A DNA stretch of 64,000 bases from the NCBI GenBank assembly GCA_963667785.2, contig CAXXMU010000001.1, positions 832,001 through 896,000 on the forward strand, written 5' to 3'. The stretch is from Alphaproteobacteria bacterium (GTDB lineage: Bacteria > Pseudomonadota > Alphaproteobacteria > UBA828). The position numbers and the translations under genes were made by a program. Position 1 is the stretch's first letter; each line of letters starts with the position of its first letter. The notes beneath the pieces are model-generated. The model had not been told where the DNA came from. It saw only the letters and a list, made by a program, of their open reading frames with translations, and searched no databases. Positions 39,669 through 49,988 of the stretch are shown in pieces.

Positions 39669-40736
39669 TCAGGGATCCCGAGGCGCGACGAGCTGGAGCC
39701 CGAACCAGCGCCAGCGCCCGCCCTCGGCCGGGGCGGTGCAGTTGAGGCGCGCTCGTCCCGGCGGGAACGGCCGGTCGAACCCTATCCGAACCCGGCCGTC
39801 CTCCTCGTGCGCGAGCGTGGCGGCAACGCCGCCCGAGGCGTAGCAGGCCAGCGCCTCGCGCCGCGGCAGCGGCGGCTCGATCACGAAGCTCACCGTGGGC
39901 GGATTCTCCGTCATGATCGGATCGGCCGGCGTTACCGAGCGGGCGCCCAGCGGCAGGGTGTCCACGATCAGCCTGAAGCGATCGATCGCGCCGTAGTTCT
40001 CGTTGAGCGCGAAGCGCGGCAGCGTGAGCATGTCCGAGTGCGCCGCGACGACGCCCGAGTGCTGGCCGAAGGCGGCGGTGAAGCCGAGCTCCGCCGCGAG
40101 CGCGCGGAGCGCAGCGTTCCATTCGCCGAAGGGGTAGGCGAAGAGCGCCGCGTCCACGCCGAGCTCTTCCGCCAGCCGCCGGCGAGCCCGCAGCAGGTCG
40201 GCCCGGTTGGCGTCGTCTTCGCCCTGCCACATGTAGCGGTGGGCGGCGCTGTGGTTGCCGATGGTCACGCCTGCCGCAACCAGCCGGCGAAGCTCGTCCC
40301 AGCTCATGATGCCGGCGTGTCCCTCGTCGACCGGATCGGTGGAGACGAACACGGAGAAGGGAAAACCTGCCTCCGCCAGGCGGGGCCACGCGACCTCGAA
40401 GGTCGACCGCGTCGCGTCGTCGACGGTGATGCCGACGGTTCGGTCCGGCAGCGGCCGCCCTTCCCCGAGCGCGGCGAGAATGTCGGGAACCGGAAGAACG
40501 CTGTAGCCACCGTCGACCAGGTGGTCGATCTGCGCCTCGAACTGGGCGATGGTGACGTTCGTCGACGGGTACCGATCCTCGCCGAAGCGGTGATACATGA
40601 GGATGACCGCGGACTCGGCGGCGATCGCCGCTCCGCCACCCGCCGCGAGGGTGATCGCAACTGCGAGCGCGGCACACGTGGCGCGGCCGGCGCGGCGCGG
40701 CGCGGCGAGGGTGCGGCGGATCGCGCCGGCGTTCAC
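39669..40736 (-). CDS. Polysaccharide deacetylase (CE4)
   Basis: ILMYHRF, ITVDD, GNHSAAH, FAYPFGE; GTG start overlaps the ddpX stop. Confidence 0.88.
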   Translation of the reverse strand: MNAGAIRRTLAAPRRAGRATCAALAVAITLAAGGGAAIAAESAVILMYHRFGEDRYPSTNVTIAQFEAQIDHLVDGGYSVLPVPDILAALGEGRPLPDRTVGITVDDATRSTFEVAWPRLAEAGFPFSVFVSTDPVDEGHAGIMSWDELRRLVAAGVTIGNHSAAHRYMWQGEDDANRADLLRARRRLAEELGVDAALFAYPFGEWNAALRALAAELGFTAAFGQHSGVVAAHSDMLTLPRFALNENYGAIDRFRLIVDTLPLGARSVTPADPIMTENPPTVSFVIEPPLPRREALACYASGGVAATLAHEEDGRVRIGFDRPFPPGRARLNCTAPAEGGRWRWFGLQLVAPRDP

Positions 40737-41296
40737 GGCGCCATCAGCCCGGTGCCCGCCGCGCTGTCCCACAGCAGGGGATAGCGGCGCGGCGCGAACA
40801 TCTGATAGTGCCACCATTCATTGAGATAGTGGTCCCAGCCGGCCGAGGCCATGAGGCCGAGCAGCAGCATCCGGTTGCGCCGGGCCGCCGGCGTGGGTGC
40901 GTCGCTGCCATGGAAGGCGCGCGGCGTCAGGTCGTCGAAGCCGGTGCCCATGTCGAGGGCCGCGCCGGTCTCCCGGTCCGCGAGGCTGAGATCGACCGCG
41001 ACGCCCCGCGAGTGGGGCGAGCCGCGCCTCGGGTCCGCGAGAAAGGTCGGGTCCGGGCACTGCCGCCAGAGCGACCATTGCGCTTCCACCGGGCGGAAGG
41101 CGTCGAAGATGATCAGCTTCAGGCCCTGCGCGGCGGCGAGTCGGGCGGCGCGCTCGAGCAGCTCCGCTGCGTCCCGGTGCAGATAGCATGCGGCCCTCCG
41201 GTAGATGCGCCGGCCCGTGACATTGTCGTCGGTGGCGTAGGCGAGCGCCAGCGACACGTCGAAACGGGGCGGAGCGATCTCGACCAGGCCGGTCAT
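40733..41296 (-). CDS. ddpX: D-alanyl-D-alanine dipeptidase (M15)
   Basis: FDAFRP, GSPHSRGVAVD, DMGTGFD, EWWHY. Confidence 0.92.
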   Translation of the reverse strand: MTGLVEIAPPRFDVSLALAYATDDNVTGRRIYRRAACYLHRDAAELLERAARLAAAQGLKLIIFDAFRPVEAQWSLWRQCPDPTFLADPRRGSPHSRGVAVDLSLADRETGAALDMGTGFDDLTPRAFHGSDAPTPAARRNRMLLLGLMASAGWDHYLNEWWHYQMFAPRRYPLLWDSAAGTGLMAP

Positions 41297-41440
41297 GGGC
41301 GCCGTCCTGCTGCGGCCGGGGGCGTTCGGCACCATAGCACCGCAGCGGCCGGTGATGCATGGTTCCGCGGCGACCCGGTTGCGAACGCCGCCGGGCGGGT
41401 GCTAGAGGCGCGCCAGCGCGAGGCCCAGGGTCTGGTACGG

Positions 41441-42139
41441 ATGATGCTGCTCGGATTCGACACGGCGACGACCGCCTGCTCGGCCGCCCTCTGGGCGGAG
41501 GGCGCGGTGAGGGCGCACAGGCGCATCGAGGCGGCAGGGACGCATGCCGAGGCGCTCGTGCCCATGCTCTGCGAGGTCGCGGCCGAGGCGGGCGCCGAAC
41601 TCGGCCGGATGGATCGGTTCGCGGTCACGGTCGGCCCCGGCTCCTTCACCGGAATTCGCATCGGCCTGGCCACGGCGCGCGGCCTCGCACTCGCCCTGGG
41701 GCGGCCCCTGGTCGGTCTTTCCACGCTCGAAGTCCTGGCTGCCGGTGTTCCCGCGCACGAGCGCGACGGGCCCGTACTCGCCGCCCTCGATGCAGGAGGC
41801 GGCCGGCTCTACGCCCAGCTCTTCGATCGCTCCTTGCGTCCTCTTCGCGCGCCCGAGGCAGTGACGGTCGAGGCGCTGCCGGGCCTTCTGGCGGACGCGA
41901 CGGAGGGGGAACCGCCCATCGTGGCGGGCACCGGGCGCGATGCCGTGCTGGCGGCGCTGCCGCCCGAGGTCGGTGCACGGGCTGCGCCCGGGTCCCCCAC
42001 GCCCGACGCCCGCGTTCTGGTGTGCCGCGCCGCTGCCGCCGCCGGGGACGATGCGGCCGCCGTGCGGCCCCTCTACCTGCGGGAGGCCGGGGCGCGGCCG
42101 CGAGCCCGCTCCGCCGCCAGCGGGCCGGCGCGTGCGTGA
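41441..42139 (+). CDS. tsaB: tRNA t6A biosynthesis protein
   Basis: LLGFDTATTACS, HAEALVP, GPGSFTGIRIG, PLYLR. Confidence 0.93.
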   Translation: MMLLGFDTATTACSAALWAEGAVRAHRRIEAAGTHAEALVPMLCEVAAEAGAELGRMDRFAVTVGPGSFTGIRIGLATARGLALALGRPLVGLSTLEVLAAGVPAHERDGPVLAALDAGGGRLYAQLFDRSLRPLRAPEAVTVEALPGLLADATEGEPPIVAGTGRDAVLAALPPEVGARAAPGSPTPDARVLVCRAAAAAGDDAAAVRPLYLREAGARPRARSAASGPARA

Positions 42140-42629
42140 GTCGGCTGCCGGCGCCCAGGCGCCGATCGAGGCGATTCGTCAGACCGACCTCGCGGCGGTG
42201 GCCGCGCTCCATGCGCGCTGTTTCGACGAGCGGTGGCAGCCGGAGCTGATCGCGCGCGTCGCCGTCGGGTCCGCCGGCTTCGGTCTCCTCTGGCGCCACG
42301 AGGGAGAAACGCAGGGATTCGTCCTCTGCCGCACGAATGACGCGCGCGGCGAGGTTCTGTCGCTCGGCGTGGCGCCCGGCGCGCGTAAGCGCGGCATCGC
42401 CCGCGCCCTGATGACCGCGGCCATCGACGCGGTCGGCGAGCGCGGAGTCCCGGCTCTCTACCTGGAGGTCGCCGAGGACAACGCCGCCGCGCGTCATCTC
42501 TACCGGACCCTCGGCTTCGCTGAGATCAGGCGCCGCCCCGGCTACTATGCGAGGCCCGAGGCCGAGACGGTGGACGCGCTCACGCTGCGCCGCGTGATCG
42601 CGCCCGCGGCGGGCGGCCGCAACGGCTGA
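42132..42629 (+). CDS. rimI: Ribosomal-protein N-acetyltransferase (GNAT)
   Basis: ARKRGIARAL, LEVAEDN, LYRTLGF, RPGYY; follows tsaB. Confidence 0.85.
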   Translation: MRESAAGAQAPIEAIRQTDLAAVAALHARCFDERWQPELIARVAVGSAGFGLLWRHEGETQGFVLCRTNDARGEVLSLGVAPGARKRGIARALMTAAIDAVGERGVPALYLEVAEDNAAARHLYRTLGFAEIRRRPGYYARPEAETVDALTLRRVIAPAAGGRNG

Positions 42630-42678
42630 CAACGGCCGAGCCCCGCCTCGGACGCACGCTACCGCCCGCGCCGGCGCC

Positions 42679-43488
42679 TCAGGCGGGCTTGGGCGCCCAA
42701 AAACGCTTCTTGATGGGCGGCGAGAGCTTGCCGCTGATGGCGCGGGAGACGCCGTCGGCGATGGTGGCCTGGCACGCTTCCGCCATCGCCTTGCGGGAGC
42801 CGAAGTCCTCGATGGTCACCGGCGGGTGGAACTGGATCGCGATCGTGGCGTTGCCGAGGCCGGCGACGTTCCAGAGATGGCTCGCGAGCTCCATGTCGCC
42901 GTACCAGGCATAGAACGGCCGGTAGGGCCGCCCCATGGGAATCCCGTTCAGGCGCGTATAGGCGATCGAGACCGGCTGAACCACCAGCGGCTTGCCCCGG
43001 ACCGGCTTCTCGGCGATGCCGAAGAAGGCGCTCTTGAAGGGGAGCACCCGGTTGCCGTCGTTGCTGGTCCCCTCCGGGAACAGGATCAGGTTGTCGCCGT
43101 GCTCAAGCCGGCCGGTCATGTCGTCGCGGTGGTGGGCGGTGCGCGACGCACGACGCTCCACGAACACCGTCCGCTGCAGTCTCGCCAGGAATCCGAAGAC
43201 CGGCCAGCCGCGCACCTCGGCCTTGGCGACGAAGCTGCCCGGCACCACGGCGCCGAGTGCGCTGATGTCGAGATAGGAGGTGTGGTTGCAGACGAAGAGG
43301 GTGGGCGCGTTCCGCGACATGGTGCCGTAGCGCTCGATCCGGAAGCCCAGGATGCGGCAGACGCCGCGGTGCCAGACCATCGGCAGATGCTTGGAGAGCG
43401 GCGCCCGGAGCGCCATCAGGACAAGCTGGAAGGGGACCAGGCAGACCGTCCAGCCGAAGAAGCGCAGCAGCACCGCGGCGGCGATCAT
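42679..43488 (-). CDS. Lyso-ornithine lipid / lysophospholipid acyltransferase (OlsA/PlsC)
   Basis: NHTSYLD, FVAKAEV, LFPEGT; directly downstream of olsB. Confidence 0.88.
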   Translation of the reverse strand: MIAAAVLLRFFGWTVCLVPFQLVLMALRAPLSKHLPMVWHRGVCRILGFRIERYGTMSRNAPTLFVCNHTSYLDISALGAVVPGSFVAKAEVRGWPVFGFLARLQRTVFVERRASRTAHHRDDMTGRLEHGDNLILFPEGTSNDGNRVLPFKSAFFGIAEKPVRGKPLVVQPVSIAYTRLNGIPMGRPYRPFYAWYGDMELASHLWNVAGLGNATIAIQFHPPVTIEDFGSRKAMAEACQATIADGVSRAISGKLSPPIKKRFWAPKPA

Positions 43489-44264
43489 GTCAGCTTGTCC
43501 CGATAGCGCTGGGTCACGAGATCGGTCTTGACGACGATGCTGACGTCGACGCTGCCCCACTGCCGGTCGATGACCGCGCCGTCGCCGACGAATCCGTTGA
43601 GCCTGAGATAGCCCTTGATCAGCGGCGGCACCGCCTTCAGCGCCGCCCGCCTGTCCACCTCGTCCTTGTCCACCAGGTTCATGTTCACGTAGTGCTCGTC
43701 GCGCGCGCGCGCGCAGAGCGCCGGCGGCGCGCGGTGGAAGTGGTGCAGGTAGGAGAGGGGCTGTGCATGGTCGGCCGGGTCGGTGCCGGGAAAGCTGGCG
43801 CAGCCGAACATGAGGGTGACGTCGTAGTGCAGCACGTAGGCCGCATTGCCCCGCCAGAGCAGGGTCATGGTGGTGCCGTTGCGGTAGGCGGAATCGACGC
43901 AGGAGCGACCCAGCTCCAGCAGCTCGCCCGGGTGGGCGACGATCGCGTCGATGTCGTATTCCCAGGTCGAGTAGAAGCCGCCGTGGGCGTCCGCCACCGA
44001 GCGCCTGAGCAGGCGGTAGGTGCCGACCACCTTGTCGCCGGCGCTGCGGTCATGGTCGATCACCAGCAGATGGTCGGAATAGGCGTCGAAGCGGTCGAAG
44101 TCGCGCTCGCGGGCCGCCATCTCGCCGCTCGGATCGGCCGCCATCTCCTCGTAGAAGACGCGGTAGCGAAGCGCCTGGGCGGCGTCGACGTCCGCCGGCG
44201 AGCGTGCCAGGCGAACCTCGAGGCTCCCGGCGACGATCCCGTCCATGAAATCATCGTCGGACAT
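43485..44264 (-). CDS. olsB: Ornithine N-acyltransferase (GNAT)
   Basis: QALRYRVFYEEM, DFDRFD, VGTYRLL, LELGRSCV, FGCASF, PPLIKGYLRL. Confidence 0.88.
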   Translation of the reverse strand: MSDDDFMDGIVAGSLEVRLARSPADVDAAQALRYRVFYEEMAADPSGEMAARERDFDRFDAYSDHLLVIDHDRSAGDKVVGTYRLLRRSVADAHGGFYSTWEYDIDAIVAHPGELLELGRSCVDSAYRNGTTMTLLWRGNAAYVLHYDVTLMFGCASFPGTDPADHAQPLSYLHHFHRAPPALCARARDEHYVNMNLVDKDEVDRRAALKAVPPLIKGYLRLNGFVGDGAVIDRQWGSVDVSIVVKTDLVTQRYRDKLT

Positions 44265-44279
44265 GGGCTTTCGCGCGCG

Positions 44280-44702
44280 CTAGTCCTCGGGCGTGTCCAG
44301 CGGGACCGCGTAGAGCTCCAGCCGATGATCCACGAGCTTGTAGCCGAGCGCCTTGGCGACCGCCGCCTGAAGCGCCTCGATCTCCTCGTTCTGGAACTCC
44401 ACCACCTTGCCCGTCGTGAGGTCGATCAGATGGTCGTGGTGTTCGTCGGGGTGCTCCTCGTAGCGCGCCCGCCCGTCGCGGAAGTCGTGACGTTCCAGCA
44501 GGCCGCATTCCTCGAAGAGCCGCACCGTGCGGTAGACGGTCGCCAGGCTGATGCGCGGGTCGATCTCCGTCGCCCGCCGATAAAGACCCTCGACGTCGGG
44601 ATGGTCCGTCGCATCCGAGAGGACGCGCGCGATCACGCGCCGCTGCTCGGTCATCTTCAGGCCGATCTCGGCGCACCGCCGCTCTAGGGTCGATGACGGC
44701 AC
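44280..44702 (-). CDS. fur: Fur-family regulator (Fur/Mur)
   Basis: MTEQRR, DHPD, SLATVYRT, HHDHLID; GTG start after GAGGAGGAG; TATAAT at 44744-44739. Confidence 0.93.
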   Translation of the reverse strand: MPSSTLERRCAEIGLKMTEQRRVIARVLSDATDHPDVEGLYRRATEIDPRISLATVYRTVRLFEECGLLERHDFRDGRARYEEHPDEHHDHLIDLTTGKVVEFQNEEIEALQAAVAKALGYKLVDHRLELYAVPLDTPED

Positions 44703-44879
44703 GTGGTCCCGCTCCTCCTCGGCCGCTTCCCGCATCGCATTATAGGCGAGGGTGCGAGCCGTGGCGACCACTGCGGCCCGAAGTGCGGCCCGTAGGGGCC
44801 CGCGCGGTGGCAATCGCGCCTCAATTGCCCTAGGTTCGGCGCCAACGACTGTCACGCGCCGGCCCGCCGGCAAGCGCCC

Positions 44880-45299
44880 ATGACCGACCAGAAGCCCCGC
44901 GACGACCGTTCGACGGAAGAGATCATGGAATCGATCGGCCGGATCGTCTCCGAGGGCGAGAGCCGCGGGCCCGTCCCGGACGCGAGCGCGCCGCCCCCGG
45001 CCGTCTCCCGACCCGCCGGGGACGAGGACGTGCTCGACCTGACGGAGATGGTGGACGAGCAAGGCAACGCGATCCCGCCGGGGCGGGCGACGACGGGCGC
45101 CCCGGCGTTCTCCTTTCCGCCGTCCGGCGAGCGGCCGCCATCGCGGCCTGTGGGCGGCGCTCCGGTCAGCGAAGAGAAGCTGCTGGAAGCGCTCCGGCCG
45201 ATGCTCCAGACCTGGCTCGACATGCACATGCCGCCGATCGTCGAGCGTCTCGTGCAGCGCGAGCTCGACCGCGCCGCGCGCCGCTCGAAGCCGGAGTGA
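44880..45299 (+). CDS. popZ: PopZ-family polar organising protein (DUF2497), short
   Basis: N-terminal EEIMESIGRIVSE, DVLDLTEMV, C-terminal LRPMLQTWLD..MPPIVERLVQRE; upstream of valS. Confidence 0.8.
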   Translation: MTDQKPRDDRSTEEIMESIGRIVSEGESRGPVPDASAPPPAVSRPAGDEDVLDLTEMVDEQGNAIPPGRATTGAPAFSFPPSGERPPSRPVGGAPVSEEKLLEALRPMLQTWLDMHMPPIVERLVQRELDRAARRSKPE

Positions 45300-45358
45300 G
45301 GCGATTCCGCAGCGCGCCACCCCGGCGCCGATCCCCCTGAAACGGTTACGAGACGACG

Positions 45359-48010
45359 ATGCTGGACAAGACCTACCGGCCTGCCGATTTCGAGGGCCGT
45401 CTCTACGATCTGTGGGAGCGGAGCGGCAGCTTCGCCGGGCGCCCCGGTGGCGGCGCGCCGTGGTGCGTGATGATGCCGCCGCCCAACGTCACCGGCAGCC
45501 TGCACATGGGCCACGCCCTCAACAACACGCTGCAGGACGTGCTCACCCGCTATCGGCGGAAGACCGGCCGCGACGCGCTCTGGCAGCCGGGCATGGACCA
45601 TGCCGGTATCGCGACGCAGATGGTGGTCGAGCGTCAGCTTGCCGCAGACGGCACGGACCGGCGCGCCCTCGGCCGTGAGGCCTTCATCGACCGCGTCTGG
45701 GACTGGAAGGCGGAATCGGGCGGTGCCATCGGGCGCCAGCTCCGTCGCCTCGGCGCCTCTCCCGACTGGGCGCGCGAGCGCTTCACCATGGACGAGGGCC
45801 TGAGCCGCGCGGTGCTCGAGGTCTTCGTCACCCTCTACCGCCAGGGCCTCATCTATCGCGACAAGCGCCTGGTCAACTGGGACCCGGTGCTGGGCACCGC
45901 GATCTCCGACCTGGAGGTGGAGCAGCGCGAGATGGCGGACGGCAAGCTCTGGCACGTCCGCTACCCGCTGGAGGGCCGACCGGGCGAGCACGTCGTCGTC
46001 GCGACCACGCGGCCCGAGACGATGCTCGGCGATACGGCCGTCGCCGTGCACCCGGAAGACGAGCGCTATCGCCGCCTCATCGGCAGCCGCGCGGTGCTGC
46101 CGCTGGTCGGCCGCTATCTGCCCATCGTCGCCGACGACTATGCCGACCCGGCGCAGGGCTCGGGCGCGGTGAAGATCACGCCCGCGCACGACTTCAACGA
46201 TTTTGAGGTCGGCCGGCGGCACGGCCTGGAAATCGTCAACGTGTTCGATGCCGAGGCCCGGATCAACGAGAACGCACCCGAGGCCTACCGTGGCCTCGAC
46301 CGGATGGAGGCGCGCGCGCGCGTGCTCGCCGATCTCGAGGCCGAGGGGCTGATCGAGAGGGTCGAGCCACATCTTCACACCGTGCCCCACGGCGACCGCT
46401 CGGGTGCGGTGATCGAGCCGTGGCTCACCGACCAGTGGTACGTCGACGCCGAGACGCTCGCGAGGCCCGCGATCGAGGCCGTCGAGACGGGCCGCATCCG
46501 CTTCGTGCCCGCGCGCTGGGAGAGCACTTATTTCGAGTGGATGCGCAACATCCAGCCCTGGTGCATCTCGCGTCAGCTCTGGTGGGGTCATCGGATTCCG
46601 GCCTGGTACGGCCCAGACGGCCATGTCTTCGTCGCCGTCTCCGAGGCCGAGGCCGAGGAACAGGCCGCGCAGCATTACGGCCGCGCCGAGCCGCTCACGC
46701 GCGACGAGGACGTGCTGGACACCTGGTTCAGCTCCGGCCTCTGGCCCTTCTCGACCCTCGGCTGGCCGGAGCGCACGGCGGCGCTGGAGACCTACTATCC
46801 CAACAGCGACCTGATCACCGGCTTCGACATCATCTTCTTCTGGGTGGCCCGGATGGTGATGCTCGGCATGCACTTCATGGGCGATGTCCCCTTCCGCACC
46901 GTCTACATCCACGCGCTGGTGCGGGACGAGAAGGGGCAGAAGATGTCCAAGAGCAAGGGCAACGTGATCGACCCGCTCGCGCTCATCGACGAGTACGGCG
47001 CCGATGCGCTCCGCTTCACCCTGGCGGCGATGGAGGCGCAGGGGCGCGACATCAAGCTCGCCGAGAGCCGCGTCGCGGGCTATCGCAACTTCGCCACCAA
47101 GCTGTGGAACGCCGCGCGTTTCTGCGAGGCCAACGGGTGTGCGCCGGATCCCGACTTCGATCCGGCGACGTGCCGCGACCGCGTGAACCGCTGGATCGTC
47201 GGTGAGGCCGCCGCCGCCGCCCGCGCCGTGACCGATGCCCTCGACGCCTACCGCTTCGACGCGGCCGCCGGCGCGGTCTACCACTTCACCTGGGATGTCT
47301 TCTGCGACTGGTACCTGGAGTTCTCGAAGCCGGTGCTGGCGGGCGCCGACGGGCCGGCCAAGGCGGAGACCCGGGCCACGGCCGCCTGGGTGCTGGATAC
47401 GATCCTGGGCCTCCTCCATCCCTTCATGCCCTTCGTCACCGAAGAGCTCTGGGGCCGGATCGACGAGGCGCGGGAGGGCACTCTGGTCACGGCGCCCTGG
47501 CCGGCGCCGGACGAGGGCATCGGCGACGCGGACGCGACCCGGGAGATGGACTGGGTGGTGCGGCTCGTCAAGGCCGTGCGCGCCGTACGCGCGGAGATGA
47601 ACGTGCCGGCGGGTGCGCGCATCGCGCTCGGGCTCCGCGGTTCCGCGCCGGAGACGGCGGCGCGCCTGGAGCGCCACGGCGCGGTCATCGCGCGCCTCGC
47701 TCGGCTCAGCGACGCCGAGGCGCTGGAGGGCGAGGTGCCGCCGGGCTCGGTGCAGATGATGCTGGACGAGGCGACAATCGTGCTGCCGCTCGCCGGCGTC
47801 ATCGAGTTCGACAAGGAGCGCGCAAGGCTCGACCGGGAGCTGGGCAAGGTCGGCAAGGAGATGGCGGCGCTGGAGCGCAAGCTCGACAACGAGAAGTTCC
47901 TCGCTCGGGCGCCGGCCCACGTGGTCGAGGAGCAGCGCGGGCGTCTCGACGAGGCGCGCAGGGCGCAGGCCCGGCTGGAGGCCGCGCTGGAGCGAATCGC
48001 GGCATCGTGA
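45359..48010 (+). CDS. valS: Valyl-tRNA synthetase
   Basis: [35 protein letters not shown]. Confidence 0.98.
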   Translation: MLDKTYRPADFEGRLYDLWERSGSFAGRPGGGAPWCVMMPPPNVTGSLHMGHALNNTLQDVLTRYRRKTGRDALWQPGMDHAGIATQMVVERQLAADGTDRRALGREAFIDRVWDWKAESGGAIGRQLRRLGASPDWARERFTMDEGLSRAVLEVFVTLYRQGLIYRDKRLVNWDPVLGTAISDLEVEQREMADGKLWHVRYPLEGRPGEHVVVATTRPETMLGDTAVAVHPEDERYRRLIGSRAVLPLVGRYLPIVADDYADPAQGSGAVKITPAHDFNDFEVGRRHGLEIVNVFDAEARINENAPEAYRGLDRMEARARVLADLEAEGLIERVEPHLHTVPHGDRSGAVIEPWLTDQWYVDAETLARPAIEAVETGRIRFVPARWESTYFEWMRNIQPWCISRQLWWGHRIPAWYGPDGHVFVAVSEAEAEEQAAQHYGRAEPLTRDEDVLDTWFSSGLWPFSTLGWPERTAALETYYPNSDLITGFDIIFFWVARMVMLGMHFMGDVPFRTVYIHALVRDEKGQKMSKSKGNVIDPLALIDEYGADALRFTLAAMEAQGRDIKLAESRVAGYRNFATKLWNAARFCEANGCAPDPDFDPATCRDRVNRWIVGEAAAAARAVTDALDAYRFDAAAGAVYHFTWDVFCDWYLEFSKPVLAGADGPAKAETRATAAWVLDTILGLLHPFMPFVTEELWGRIDEAREGTLVTAPWPAPDEGIGDADATREMDWVVRLVKAVRAVRAEMNVPAGARIALGLRGSAPETAARLERHGAVIARLARLSDAEALEGEVPPGSVQMMLDEATIVLPLAGVIEFDKERARLDRELGKVGKEMAALERKLDNEKFLARAPAHVVEEQRGRLDEARRAQARLEAALERIAAS

Positions 48011-48110
48011 ACCCGCCGGGGCGACGTTCGCCGCTTGACCGCAGCCCACCCCACGAGTAAGCCCATCGCGCCGCCGCGAGAGGGTGGGCGGTGCGAGGGA
48101 GAAGGGCGCC

Positions 48111-49832
48111 ATGAGCACGAGATTCGACAAGTCGAAGCTGCCGAGCAGGCACATCACCGAAGGCGCGAAGAGCGCGGCGCACAGGTCGTTCTTCTATGCC
48201 ATGGGCGTCTCCCGCCAGGCGATGAGCCGGCCGATCGTGGGCGTGGCGACAACCTGGAACGAGACCGCGCCCTGCAACATCACGCTGCGCCGCCAGGCGC
48301 AGGCGGCGAAGACCGGCGTCGACGAGTCCGGCGGCACGCCGCGCGAGTTCACCACGATCACCGTGACCGACGGCATCGCCATGGGCCATCAGGGCATGAA
48401 GTCGTCGCTCGTCTCGCGCGACGTGATCGCGGATTCGGTCGAGCTCACCATGCGCGGCCACTCCTACGACGCGCTGGTGGGGATCGCCGGCTGCGACAAG
48501 TCGCTGCCGGGGATGATGATGGCGCTCGTGCGGCTCAACGTGCCAGGCGTCTTCCTCTATGGCGGCTCGATCCTGCCGGGGCGCTTCCGCGGCCGCGACG
48601 TCACGGTGATGGACGTCTACGAGTATTACGGCAAGCTCAACGAGGGCGAGGTCACGGAAGAAGACCTCGCCGAGATCGAGGCGGTGGCGTGCCCCTCCGG
48701 CGGCTCCTGCGGCGGCCAGTTCACCGCCAACACCATGGCCTGCGTTTCCGAGGCGATCGGGCTGGCGCTGCCGCATTCGGCAGGCGCGCCGGCGGTCTAC
48801 GAGTCCCGCGACGAGTTCGCCGTGGCCTCCGGCAACTGCGTCATGGACCTGCTCGAAAACAACATCCGCCCGCGCGACATCGTCACCCGCAAGGCGATGG
48901 AGAACGCGGCGACCGTGGTGGCGGCCACCGGCGGCTCCACCAATGCCGGGCTGCATCTGCCCGCGATCGCGAACGAGGCGGGGATCGACTTCGACCTCGC
49001 GGCGGTCGCCGAGGTGTTCAAGCGCACGCCCTATATCGCCGATCTCAAGCCCGGCGGCCGCTACGTGGCGAAGGACCTGTTCGAGGCGGGCGGCGTGCCG
49101 ATCGTGCTCAAGGCGCTGCTCGAAGGCGGCTATCTGCACGGCGACTGCCTGACCGTGACCGGCAGGACGCTTGCCGAGAACCTCGCCGACGTGGCGTTCC
49201 CCACCGGGCAGGACGTGGTGGTGCCGACGTCTGCGCCGCTCTCGCCCACCGGCGGCGTGGTGGGGCTCAGCGGCAATCTCGCGCCGGAAGGAGCGATCGT
49301 GAAGGTGGCCGGCCTCACCCGGCTCCGCCATGTCGGGCCCGCGCGCTGCTTCGATACCGAGGAGGAGGCGATGAAGGCCGTCGTCAGCCGCGACTACCGC
49401 TCCGGCGACGTGATCGTCATCCGCTACGAGGGGCCCAAGGGCGGCCCCGGCATGCGCGAGATGCTGGCCGTCACCTCGCAGATCTACGGCCAGGGCAAGG
49501 GCGAGGAGGTCGCGCTCATCACCGACGGCCGCTTCTCCGGCGCGACGCGGGGCTTCTGCATCGGCCATGTCGGGCCCGAGGCGGCGGTGGGCGGCCCCAT
49601 CGCCCTGCTCCGCGACGGCGACGAGGTGACCATCGACGCGACCAGCGGCGAGCTCAGCGTCGCGCTCTCGGACGCCGAGCTGGCGGAGCGCCGCAAGGGC
49701 TGGGCGCCGCGCTCGACCGACTATCGGGCGGGCGTGCTCTGGAAGTACGCCGCCACTGTCGGCCCCGCCTACCAGGGCGCGGTGACGCATCCCGGCGGCG
49801 CGGCGGAAACCCACTGCTTCGCGGACCTGTGA
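48111..49832 (+). CDS. ilvD: Dihydroxy-acid dehydratase
   Basis: PCN, TDGIAMGH, GCDK, FTANTM, GGSTN, GGPGMREM, TDGRFSG. Confidence 0.95.
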   Translation: MSTRFDKSKLPSRHITEGAKSAAHRSFFYAMGVSRQAMSRPIVGVATTWNETAPCNITLRRQAQAAKTGVDESGGTPREFTTITVTDGIAMGHQGMKSSLVSRDVIADSVELTMRGHSYDALVGIAGCDKSLPGMMMALVRLNVPGVFLYGGSILPGRFRGRDVTVMDVYEYYGKLNEGEVTEEDLAEIEAVACPSGGSCGGQFTANTMACVSEAIGLALPHSAGAPAVYESRDEFAVASGNCVMDLLENNIRPRDIVTRKAMENAATVVAATGGSTNAGLHLPAIANEAGIDFDLAAVAEVFKRTPYIADLKPGGRYVAKDLFEAGGVPIVLKALLEGGYLHGDCLTVTGRTLAENLADVAFPTGQDVVVPTSAPLSPTGGVVGLSGNLAPEGAIVKVAGLTRLRHVGPARCFDTEEEAMKAVVSRDYRSGDVIVIRYEGPKGGPGMREMLAVTSQIYGQGKGEEVALITDGRFSGATRGFCIGHVGPEAAVGGPIALLRDGDEVTIDATSGELSVALSDAELAERRKGWAPRSTDYRAGVLWKYAATVGPAYQGAVTHPGGAAETHCFADL

Positions 49833-49848
49833 CCGAGCACCCTCTTGG

Positions 49849-49939
49849 CGTCATGGCCGGGCTTGTCCCGGCCATCCACGGGTTGTTCGCGAAATAGAGA
49901 GAAAGAACGTGGATGCTCGGAACGAGTCCGGGCATGACG
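49849..49939. repeat. Alphaproteobacterial REP-like palindromic element, copy 2
   Basis: CGTCATGGCCGGGCTTGTCCCGGCCATCCAC...GTGGATGCTCGGAACGAGTCCGGGCATGACG. Confidence 0.8.
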
Positions 49940-49988
49940 GTGGAAGGACTGGTTTTCCGATGCGAATGTCCGTGACGGGCACTAGACC

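Noticed and set aside
44703-44735. ATG at 44735 as the fur start
   Set aside because: It lies only 3 nt after the TATAAT box; GTG 44702 has a strong RBS and gives a typical Fur length
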